DNA of 64,000 nucleotides from a virus, in the IMG/VR virus record IMGVR_UViG_3300042293_000555, positions 21,046 to 85,045 of that record. The stretch is one strand, 5' to 3'. Both the position numbers and the translations under genes were made by a program. Shown piece by piece: positions 55,716 through 64,000 of the stretch (the stretch's first letter is position 1; every line of letters begins with the position of its first letter). Under the pieces are notes generated by a model. It did no database searches and was not told where the DNA came from. It was given only the letters and a program-made list of their open reading frames with translations.

Positions 55716-58700
55716 TTATCTGATAGATGGTTGCTCTGTTTCTAATGTGAAGTTAGTACTTAACTCTACATCATCAAAGTTAGAAAATCTTAATCTCATA
55801 ATCAAATATTTATCTCTAAAAGATTCTTGATCATACCAATTCTTATTTACATTAATAGCTGCTACATTAACTACTTTATCAATAGGATAAACAGAACTTA
55901 TTGAACTCCAATCTTTTGTAAACATAGGAACTGCATAATTAGATCTCATATCTCTAAAATCATTGATGTGCCAATCTCTTTCTTTTCTATCAATTACAAC
56001 TTGTGATACATCATTAGTAGTTTGTTGTTCAAAGTAATCTTCAGGATTAGCTTGAATATCTTTAACATTCATCTGAAGTTCACCACTAATCTGTCTTGAA
56101 TTATATAATGTTATGTAATTAAATGTTACATCTTTTTCATCAAAGTACTCATCTAAAGCAGCATCATACTTTTTAGCTACAGTTTGTAATGTAATATCCT
56201 CCCATAATCTTGTAGTCATTGAGTTAGATACTGATACAGTTTCTATAATATGTGGGTATGATACATTATAAAATTTCTGATAGTTACCTTGTATATTATG
56301 TTTAAAGATTACATTATTTTTTGAAGAGTAAAAAGTCTTTTGATCAAAGTAATAAAACAATGGTAAGTAAGAATGAAAGCTTATCCAAGTTTGAGTTAGT
56401 AATGAGTAACTAATGGTAAATGATTTATTTTCAAAATAAGTTTCATTATTAAAAAATACACTACTAAACTTTATTATGTTGTAATAAACAAAAGTATTTA
56501 TGATGTTGTCATAATATAATCCTATACTCAATCCTTCAGGAGCTTCAACTGAACTATCTACTATTTGAAAATTTGCTAAATAAGCCTGTTTAATTGCATA
56601 ATCTCTTTTAGTAATTATAACTCTTTGATGTCGAGGATCATATACACTATGAAATCCTATACCATTAGGATTATTTGGATTATCTCTATTTGGAAAATGT
56701 TGTCCTATAGTATTAATAAACTGTTCATCTAAGTATAACTTACAATACTCAGTAAACCAATTATACATTCCTTCATTAGATATTTTCTTTAATCCACCCT
56801 CTACACCACTTACTAAGTAAACTGATTTTTCTATTTCAGATATAAAAAATATACCTAATGGTGATTTAATTGTACTCCATTTATTAGTTGTGCCTGCTAC
56901 ACCTAAATCAGAATCTACTACTTTTCTTGGTGGAATACTAAAGTATTCTCCTGTACCTATAAATGTAACTATTTCATTTACAATACCTTGTTGTACATTT
57001 TGTGGTAAATGCCATAGACATTCTTCTGTAAGTACAAATAATGCATTGTTTTTCCTTATCAATGCTGTAATACCACCATGCTCTGCTTCTATATCTCTAT
57101 AGTTGTTAGCTAAAAATATTCTATAGTTATCACTTAACTCTTCTTGAAAACTTGTTTCAGAATAATACACTCTATCAGGAAAAGATTCTAAACAATCTGA
57201 ACAACATTCATAATTAGATGGTAATGAAAAATAAACTTTTTGCTTATCCATTCTACTAAAGTCAACATTGTAATGATATATTTCAGGACAACACAATCCT
57301 TTATACAACCATTTCTTTTCAGTTTCATCATAGTATAACCATCTTTCAACAAAGTAATCTATGATTTTAGGATATTGATAATTGTAATAAACTCCACAAG
57401 TATGACTTTCTTCTTGCCTTAAAGCAGTGTTAACTTCTGATTCTACATATACACCTATAAGATGTTCATTTGCAAGTGCTATAAAATTACCAAGCAACCC
57501 TGTAAACAAATCATCTAATTCAGTATCTATAACAGTTTTATCTAATTCAGTTTGTTTAAATGCATCTACAAATCCTTTAACTACTAATGCTGTTATTCCA
57601 ATAGCACCTACTGTAATTGCAGTAATAGCTATAATTGTAGGTAAAGCAACAGGAATAAGGATACCTGCTGCACTAAGTACTGCTGATACTGCTAATCCTG
57701 ATGCTCCTCCTGCTGTAAGTACAATAGTAACTGCTGCTGCAATAATAGCTAAAGCTAAAACTAATTCTCCTAATATACCATTAAACATTTCTCTTAAAAG
57801 AGAATTAGAAAGATTGTAATGTGTAATAGATACATCTCCTGAATACATTCCAAAATCATCTTCAGTAGAATTTGAAACTAACATACAGTTATGCATCTTG
57901 TAATACTTAATAGAATTTAAGTTACAATGTACATCTCTTTCTACTCTAAGTGTAACATAAGGTATATGTCTATTATTATCTCCACTTCTATTAGGAAGAG
58001 TTTGACCTAACTTAATCATCTGTACTTTGTTAGACCAAGATACATTATATATTCTTTTATTTATTTCATAGTTATCATCATAAGATAATCCATCTGAACT
58101 TAGTATTTTTAACTTGTTGTAATTTTTATCACTGTTAGTTGTAAGTGTTCCTTTATATGTTTGAGTTCTTCTTTCTATAAGTGGGTCAACATCTACAAAC
58201 ATAGACCCTGCTCCATCAAATTTTTTAATACCTAAATTTACTTTATCAAATTGAAACTCTCTTTCAAGTTTTAAATACTCAGGTACAATTAAACTTTTTT
58301 GATATAAAAATTTAGGATTGAGTAAATAAGAATGTCCATCGTCATCATCATTTCCTTTTGTAAAATAAGAAAATGTAATATAGTTAAATACATTAGTGTT
58401 AGTACTTCTTGCTCTACCTGCTATACCTGAATCAAGAATAGTTCTATTAAAATCATCTCTTTCAGCTCTAACAAAATAATGACCTACAATATCAGAGTGA
58501 GGATACTCTACATTAGTAAATTTAATTCCTAATAGTCTAAGTGTAGTACTATTTACATAAGTTTCATAAGCTTCAGGTACACTATATGTAATTGTAAATT
58601 CTGTTGTATAAGTAGACAATGTGCCTGAGAACAATACATTACTATACAATGAAGTATCACTTCCAGGTCTTGTATCTACTGTAAAAGTGTATACTCCATC

Positions 58701-60506
58701 TACTAAATCATCCTCAGCAATATTTTCTGTAACAGGAGTTTGAACAGTTGGTGGAGGTACATCATATTCATAGTTAACAGTTAAATCAATAGTATCTCCA
58801 GGTTCAGGCCATACTTGACCATCATTTAAAGTAACAGTTACAATAAGATTAAAAAATGTATTTAATGAATTATCATTATCTACATGAGGTTCTAAAACTC
58901 TTGATGGAAACCTATGATGTCTTATAGGACTATTTACAAGTGGGTTACCACACACATCTTCTCCCCAATAATTTCCTGTTGAACAAGAATCAATATCTTC
59001 ATAAATATTTTGTCTGCATTCCCAATATGCCATTTGTCCTTCTAATCCACCATAGTTATATGCAGTTTCCTTTACTCTCCATTTTTCTACAAAAGGAGTA
59101 ATATTATATGCACTAATAGCTGAAGGAGTATTAGGTACAATATGTTCTATGTCATGAGTCCAAGGATCTATTATACTATCATCATCTGTAACTTCACAAT
59201 CTTCTGTATTCCAATTCCATCTTTGATTTTTAGGTGCTCCAGGAATATGATAAACAGGAGATTCAAATCCATCAGCAAATACATATACTATACCCATAGC
59301 ATATACTTCACCACCCATAAATCCAATAACTTCAAATGGACTTAATGGATTTTTAGGATTACCTGTTTCACTAATGTCAGTATCACCTACTTCTTTTACA
59401 ATATAACGAGAATGTATTTTAGAAGCATATTGTTGAAAGCTGCAAAAATTTACTTGTTTACCTTTTGTATTAGCAAGTAATAATTTATTTTCTAACTGCT
59501 CAATATGCTTTGCAACTTCAATATCAATTTTACCTGGTTTAATTTCTTCAACAGAGATTTCTGTATAACCATTTAATCCACCATCAAAAATAAATGTTTC
59601 TTGAGTTATAGGTATATCAGGAGATACAATTGTTTTATTTACTATTCCTGTAAATTGAGTTGCTTGTATAACTGCAATTCTATAATATGAAAAATTAACA
59701 TCTAAGTTAGATATAATAAGTTGTATAGATTTAGAAGTATTATTTGGTACACCTGCTAACCCATCATACTCTAATTGAGATGAACCATTAATATTATTAT
59801 ATGGTGCAAAAGTATTATCATGATAAATATTAATAGGTCTTGATGTTACTATCCAATTAGTAGCATTACCATCTTCATTAAGTAATTGAATAGCAAAGTT
59901 ATATGAACCTGCTGCAATAGAACCACCATTAATTATTTGACCTTCAGAAAAACAAGGAACTTTAAAATCCTGAATCAAATTAAATTTAGTACAGTTCCAC
60001 TTTTCACCTGTAAATGGTGGAAGTGGGATAGGAGATTCTAAATATGTAATGTATGCATCACTATAATAATCTTCTAACTTAGCAAAGTTAATTTGTCTTA
60101 CAGAGTTTAATCCATCAGTAAAATAGATTACTGTTTCACAACCCCTTCTTAATCTATATGTTGCATCTATCTGATATTCAATACTAAATCCTAAACAAAC
60201 AGAATTTACAATAGTAGTATAAGTACAATTTCTTACTAATCCAATTTCACTGATACCATTGACACCACCATTAATACTAAATATAACTACTTCAGCATCT
60301 TTAGTGTAAACTTTACCTATAGGATAATGTCCTTCAGGAAGAGAGTAACATTCTTCATTACTCTTCTCATTACTAAGAATATTTCTTTCTCCTACATTAG
60401 TTTCATTTACAGCATTTAATGCATATCTATAACTTTCTTTAGGTTGATCTATAGGATTTACATCCTGCATCATACCTTTATTTGGTCTATTTACATTTTT
60501 TTCCAT
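55716..60506 (-). CDS. tail stabilization/muzzle protein (P22 gp10-like)
   Basis: NKGMMQD..P..SY..ALN N-terminus; RVYYS, SYSLL..WISFHSY C-terminal propeller patterns; position after ring genes. Confidence 0.78.
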   Translation of the reverse strand: MEKNVNRPNKGMMQDVNPIDQPKESYRYALNAVNETNVGERNILSNEKSNEECYSLPEGHYPIGKVYTKDAEVVIFSINGGVNGISEIGLVRNCTYTTIVNSVCLGFSIEYQIDATYRLRRGCETVIYFTDGLNSVRQINFAKLEDYYSDAYITYLESPIPLPPFTGEKWNCTKFNLIQDFKVPCFSEGQIINGGSIAAGSYNFAIQLLNEDGNATNWIVTSRPINIYHDNTFAPYNNINGSSQLEYDGLAGVPNNTSKSIQLIISNLDVNFSYYRIAVIQATQFTGIVNKTIVSPDIPITQETFIFDGGLNGYTEISVEEIKPGKIDIEVAKHIEQLENKLLLANTKGKQVNFCSFQQYASKIHSRYIVKEVGDTDISETGNPKNPLSPFEVIGFMGGEVYAMGIVYVFADGFESPVYHIPGAPKNQRWNWNTEDCEVTDDDSIIDPWTHDIEHIVPNTPSAISAYNITPFVEKWRVKETAYNYGGLEGQMAYWECRQNIYEDIDSCSTGNYWGEDVCGNPLVNSPIRHHRFPSRVLEPHVDNDNSLNTFFNLIVTVTLNDGQVWPEPGDTIDLTVNYEYDVPPPTVQTPVTENIAEDDLVDGVYTFTVDTRPGSDTSLYSNVLFSGTLSTYTTEFTITYSVPEAYETYVNSTTLRLLGIKFTNVEYPHSDIVGHYFVRAERDDFNRTILDSGIAGRARSTNTNVFNYITFSYFTKGNDDDDGHSYLLNPKFLYQKSLIVPEYLKLEREFQFDKVNLGIKKFDGAGSMFVDVDPLIERRTQTYKGTLTTNSDKNYNKLKILSSDGLSYDDNYEINKRIYNVSWSNKVQMIKLGQTLPNRSGDNNRHIPYVTLRVERDVHCNLNSIKYYKMHNCMLVSNSTEDDFGMYSGDVSITHYNLSNSLLREMFNGILGELVLALAIIAAAVTIVLTAGGASGLAVSAVLSAAGILIPVALPTIIAITAITVGAIGITALVVKGFVDAFKQTELDKTVIDTELDDLFTGLLGNFIALANEHLIGVYVESEVNTALRQEESHTCGVYYNYQYPKIIDYFVERWLYYDETEKKWLYKGLCCPEIYHYNVDFSRMDKQKVYFSLPSNYECCSDCLESFPDRVYYSETSFQEELSDNYRIFLANNYRDIEAEHGGITALIRKNNALFVLTEECLWHLPQNVQQGIVNEIVTFIGTGEYFSIPPRKVVDSDLGVAGTTNKWSTIKSPLGIFFISEIEKSVYLVSGVEGGLKKISNEGMYNWFTEYCKLYLDEQFINTIGQHFPNRDNPNNPNGIGFHSVYDPRHQRVIITKRDYAIKQAYLANFQIVDSSVEAPEGLSIGLYYDNIINTFVYYNIIKFSSVFFNNETYFENKSFTISYSLLTQTWISFHSYLPLFYYFDQKTFYSSKNNVIFKHNIQGNYQKFYNVSYPHIIETVSVSNSMTTRLWEDITLQTVAKKYDAALDEYFDEKDVTFNYITLYNSRQISGELQMNVKDIQANPEDYFEQQTTNDVSQVVIDRKERDWHINDFRDMRSNYAVPMFTKDWSSISSVYPIDKVVNVAAINVNKNWYDQESFRDKYLIMRLRFSNFDDVELSTNFTLETEQPSIR

Positions 60507-61495
60507 TAGATAAATGTATTATAATTACCTCTAAAATAGTTTCTTGAATCAGGATCATTAAACTTACGTGATTCAGGTCTTGACATTTTACCAAAGAACC
60601 CATAGTACCTGTTCATTCTTGGAAGCAAGTATTGTCTTTGCTCTAAGATATTCTGCCAAGCATCTACACCTTTAGGCATCATTGCTCTATTTCTTGCTTG
60701 CTTACAATACCAATGCCAATCCTGTTCTGCTTTTTGTAACTTACCTACTGCACCATCTCTATTAGCATAAAACTCTCTTTCCATTAACTTCATTACTATA
60801 TATTTAGTAATAGCAGTAGTGTATGCATAATGATCAGGTATCATTGGATAACCATCTTCATCTACCTGTTGTCTTACATAACTAAGTACTATTTGACCTA
60901 CAGGAAAAGATAATCTTAAAGTATCACCATTAACAATTGTGTATTCAGAAAACATACCTGAACCTTCATTGTATAATTTATCTTGATCAGGTACATCACA
61001 AACTAAACTATTAAAGAAAGTGTGATTAGCTAATCTTACTACTGAAAAACAATTATTATATAAGTAAGTAGAAGAGTAGTAACCTACTTCATCTCTCATA
61101 TCAAAGTAAGGTCTATAATAAGCTAACTCATAATCTTGAATAGGTTGTCCATCACAATTTAATGGTACAGGAAGTATTTCATTTTCTCCTTGTACTGTAG
61201 CAACACTTACTACTTCAGATGGACATACTCCACATTTGTTATCATCATTCCAACAAACATTTCTTGCTATTTGTACAATAGCATGTAACCCATTAGGTAA
61301 AGATGCTTGATGATCTTTAATTTCAATAAATGCTACTGCTTCTTCATATAAAGTAATTGCACCAATAGCTTGAAGTGCTTCTGCTGTCCACTCTATAACA
61401 TCTGATTCTGATATACTTTGTAGTGAACCAAAATCTCTTCTAAGTTTAGCTAAGATTCTGTTTATAGATACAAAAGATGAAACTTCCCCACTCAT
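60506..61495 (-). CDS. tail ring / tubular protein
   Basis: EW..EAL..IG, DEDGYPMIPD, W.WYC.QA; crAss-like tail module synteny. Confidence 0.7.
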   Translation of the reverse strand: MSGEVSSFVSINRILAKLRRDFGSLQSISESDVIEWTAEALQAIGAITLYEEAVAFIEIKDHQASLPNGLHAIVQIARNVCWNDDNKCGVCPSEVVSVATVQGENEILPVPLNCDGQPIQDYELAYYRPYFDMRDEVGYYSSTYLYNNCFSVVRLANHTFFNSLVCDVPDQDKLYNEGSGMFSEYTIVNGDTLRLSFPVGQIVLSYVRQQVDEDGYPMIPDHYAYTTAITKYIVMKLMEREFYANRDGAVGKLQKAEQDWHWYCKQARNRAMMPKGVDAWQNILEQRQYLLPRMNRYYGFFGKMSRPESRKFNDPDSRNYFRGNYNTFI

Positions 61496-62007
61496 AAATT
61501 TTTAGATTTAAAACCATTTAATGAAAATCTACCTTCAACTAATTGATACTCTGTACCATCATTAATTGCTTTAAACAATTTCTTTTTACTCATTCTGTTA
61601 GGAACATAGGTGTATAACTTTTTAGTCCAAATTAACATCTTATGTCTTGACCACATAAACCTATACCTTATTCCATTACTATGTTCATTAAAGAAAAATA
61701 TTTTTTGTTTCCTTTGTTTACACTCTTCACAAGTTCTCCACAATTTCTTAGTTGAAATCCAGTCAGGAGTAAGTCCTTCTATTCCATTCTCAGTGACTTT
61801 AACTTTTGTTTTTTTACCTATAACCTGTACAATTCCAAGTTTTTCAGGAATAACTACTGCTTTACCTTTTAATACTTCTTCCATCATGTGTTCAGCAAAA
61901 CCATTCATTAACTTAAGATATTCAATTCTATTTAATGGTGCAAACCATCCATTGATTTTCTTATAATTTTTATATGATGTTGCAAAACTTTCTAATTGTT
62001 TTTTCAT
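61492..62007 (-). CDS. HU/IHF-like basic DNA-binding protein
   Basis: Helix then G..V.IP..LG.V.V, DW..TKKLW, N.HS.G..YRF.W. Confidence 0.65.
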   Translation of the reverse strand: MKKQLESFATSYKNYKKINGWFAPLNRIEYLKLMNGFAEHMMEEVLKGKAVVIPEKLGIVQVIGKKTKVKVTENGIEGLTPDWISTKKLWRTCEECKQRKQKIFFFNEHSNGIRYRFMWSRHKMLIWTKKLYTYVPNRMSKKKLFKAINDGTEYQLVEGRFSLNGFKSKNL

Positions 62008-62008
62008 A

Positions 62009-62701
62009 TTACTTAGTAGTTTGTTCAGGACTATCTTTAGTATTGTTAGTAGAGTCTTCTTGATTTTGATTAAATATTGATATAAGTTCTTGTACTGTTA
62101 ACTCAATAAGTGGATCAAACATAGAGTTATCTAAATGAAATTCTTTATCATAATTAGCTAAACAATTGTTGATTGTAGGACAATAGCCTATAAAGTTTTC
62201 TCCCTCTAATGGATCTTCTAATAATATCTCAGCTCTTACTACAATAGTTTCATTCTTAGCTGTAATGTATAAATGTTCATTAGAAATAAAAAAGTCAGGT
62301 TTCATAGCAGTATATTTATCATACTGTTTATACTTCTTATCTTGCCAGGTTATTTCTGAAAATACAATATTACCATCTAATGATGTAACACTTCTAATAA
62401 TGTGTCCATTAATACCACTAATAGGTGCAGGTAAAGGATACTTACTTTTCCAAATACAACAACCTAATGGTGGAATACAAGGGCATTCATGTATCTCAGC
62501 TTTTATCATTTCAATGCAAGGCATTACATTGTAGTTTATACTTGAGATAAACTGCTTTTTATTTATTTTTTCATACAACAATCTACTTCTTACTGTTTTA
62601 AGTTTGTTGTAAATATGTCTTGAACTTAATCTTTTATCATCAGAATGTACACCTTTAGAATACAATGATACTATCCTTTGTATAGCTTCACCTACTGTCA
62701 T
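62009..62701 (-). CDS. tail ring / head-tail connector protein
   Basis: Start MTVGE; SDD..LS.RHIY..L..VR; lies in the tail module. Confidence 0.65.
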   Translation of the reverse strand: MTVGEAIQRIVSLYSKGVHSDDKRLSSRHIYNKLKTVRSRLLYEKINKKQFISSINYNVMPCIEMIKAEIHECPCIPPLGCCIWKSKYPLPAPISGINGHIIRSVTSLDGNIVFSEITWQDKKYKQYDKYTAMKPDFFISNEHLYITAKNETIVVRAEILLEDPLEGENFIGYCPTINNCLANYDKEFHLDNSMFDPLIELTVQELISIFNQNQEDSTNNTKDSPEQTTK

Positions 62702-63405
62702 GTTAAATAAGTTTTTAAAATTTGAGTAAAATCTGTACAACTTCTTATTTCATACTCCCCATCTTTCTTTAACCAAATAATGTACCTTTCTTGAACTTCT
62801 ATCCCTGCTTCCTCTAACATCAATTGATAATAAGATAATTGTATCTGATATTTATTAAAGTTTGTATTAGGTAAGTATGGAAATGGATGTAATAAGTTTC
62901 CATACTGATCATCTAATTGTATATTTGTTTTATAATCAAACAGTACTACACATTCTTTTTCTATATCCCACATCAGTAAATCACAAGTACCTGCATAACC
63001 ATAAGTAGGAGAATACATTTTAATTTCTGCTGCAAGTAACTCATACTTAGAGTTTAAGTTATGTAATAAAAATTCCCTTACAGCTCTCTGTTGATTATTC
63101 TTAGGTTTAATAGTTAAATCATCTAATAATTTTTCAGCATAAGTATGTACAGCAGTACCATGAATTGCAGCACTATCTCTTTTATCTTTCCACTCTTGCA
63201 ATACTTGTTCTTGACTTACTCCTGTTCTTTTTGCTGTAGATTCAGATTTTGCATGCTCATCAAACATAGGTGCATGATATTTAACTAACCCTGTTACTGA
63301 TGGGAGTATTTTATCTGCTACTGTATAAAGATGTTTCTTTTCATTAAAGTATAAATCTTTAAAAGAGTTTTGTAACTTACTTATTACTGTTTCAAGTTGT
63401 TGCAT
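62698..63405 (-). CDS. PD-(D/E)XK nuclease (lambda-exonuclease/Cas4-like fold)
   Basis: PSVT, HGTAVH, AGTCDLL..DYKT, YQIQLSYY. Confidence 0.82.
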   Translation of the reverse strand: MQQLETVISKLQNSFKDLYFNEKKHLYTVADKILPSVTGLVKYHAPMFDEHAKSESTAKRTGVSQEQVLQEWKDKRDSAAIHGTAVHTYAEKLLDDLTIKPKNNQQRAVREFLLHNLNSKYELLAAEIKMYSPTYGYAGTCDLLMWDIEKECVVLFDYKTNIQLDDQYGNLLHPFPYLPNTNFNKYQIQLSYYQLMLEEAGIEVQERYIIWLKKDGEYEIRSCTDFTQILKTYLT

Positions 63406-63407
63406 AT

Positions 63408-63443
63408 AAAAAAAGATATTCGTTAGTGAATAACAAATATCTT
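63408..63443 (-). terminator. hairpin plus T-tract downstream of the holin-like gene
   Basis: AAGATATT..GTTA/TAAC..AATATCTT stem, followed by Ts on the - strand. Confidence 0.5.
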
Positions 63444-63479
63444 AATTTTTTAAATAGTAACCTAATTTATTTTTAAACA

Positions 63480-63998
63480 CTATCCTTTGATTTTGCTTTG
63501 CAGGTCTCTAATGATCTGATCCTTTACTTCAATTTGTTGTTTCATTAGGTCTTTGTGCTCCTTGTGTATCTCGTGAAAGTCTGTCAGCGTTTCTTTGTGT
63601 TCCTTCCTTAACATTTCCGTTTCTACACTAAAGTGCGTCATCTGCTCTTTAATCTGCGTCTTCATATTTTGCAGCCAGTACCAAAGTACAGCAACCACTC
63701 CGAATTTGCTAATAATTTCGAGTATTGTATTTTCTATTCCGACCTCGGCGCCTGTGAAAAGAAATAGGCCTGAAAGTGCAAGTACATCAGGTATCAAAGT
63801 TTTGTCCATTACATTAGTTTTATATTCAACAAGTGGCAGATGTTTTACCCACCAGAAATCTATGTTTTTGTTGTTTTCGATTTGATCTAAAGGAAGTATC
63901 CAATTATTCTCATCATCCTGCAAAGGTGTGAAGAATCTGTTATGGGCATATTGCTGCCCCTCCAGTGCTTCTTTTTCATCATTGTCTAAGATTCCTAC
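63480..63998 (-). CDS. 5'-partial ORF whose C-terminal half (from Met 63809) is holin-like
   Basis: Frame open to the window edge; hydrophobic VLALSGLFLFTG and ISKFGVVAVLWYWL followed by a coiled coil. Confidence 0.5.
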   Translation of the reverse strand, partial: VGILDNDEKEALEGQQYAHNRFFTPLQDDENNWILPLDQIENNKNIDFWWVKHLPLVEYKTNVMDKTLIPDVLALSGLFLFTGAEVGIENTILEIISKFGVVAVLWYWLQNMKTQIKEQMTHFSVETEMLRKEHKETLTDFHEIHKEHKDLMKQQIEVKDQIIRDLQSKIKG

Positions 63999-64000
63999 CT

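Noticed and set aside
62698-63405. Cas4 / CRISPR system
   Set aside because: No Fe-S cysteine cluster pattern, and I saw no repeat-spacer array or other cas genes in the window.
34323-63885. Many + strand ORFs inside the - strand structural genes (e.g. 46105-46797, 57427-57819)
   Set aside because: Antisense shadows of long genes with Ser/Phe/Leu-rich composition and no motifs.
1-64000. Stop-codon reassignment as in some crAss-like phages
   Set aside because: Genes, including the 5146-aa ORF, are intact and densely packed under the standard code.

Overview
AT-rich (roughly 30% GC by eye), strongly CpG-depleted segment of a crAss-like (Crassvirales-type) podophage genome. The host is probably Bacteroidota/Flavobacteriia, since TAnnTTTG promoter elements precede several genes. 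Two arms converge at a bidirectional terminator (~25.98-26.01 kb). The + arm (1-26 kb) holds small early genes, tRNA-Arg(UCU), two aberrant tRNA-like RNAs and a structured ncRNA, a replication module (PolB, SF2 helicase, DnaB, AAA ATPase, primase), a GIY-YIG endonuclease, resolvase, exonuclease, ThyX, dUTPase, a catalytic-domain-only AsnRS paralog and cell-wall hydrolases. The - arm (26-64 kb) holds virion cargo proteins, including a 5146-aa virion RNA polymerase/helicase polyprotein, plus tail muzzle/ring proteins, an HU/IHF-like protein, a nuclease and a holin-like gene. Main highlights: (1) an apparently complete phage-encoded ubiquitin-like conjugation operon (Ubl precursor, E2-like, JAB, E1/ThiF) directly behind the primase; (2) three adjacent giant cargo proteins whose scarce cysteines sit at facing termini, suggesting a head-to-tail covalent chain; (3) recurring candidate processing motifs (E[ST]FSP and xxGG); (4) tRNA-like RNAs with rebuilt anticodon arms. 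All calls come from motif recognition by eye; no searches were run.
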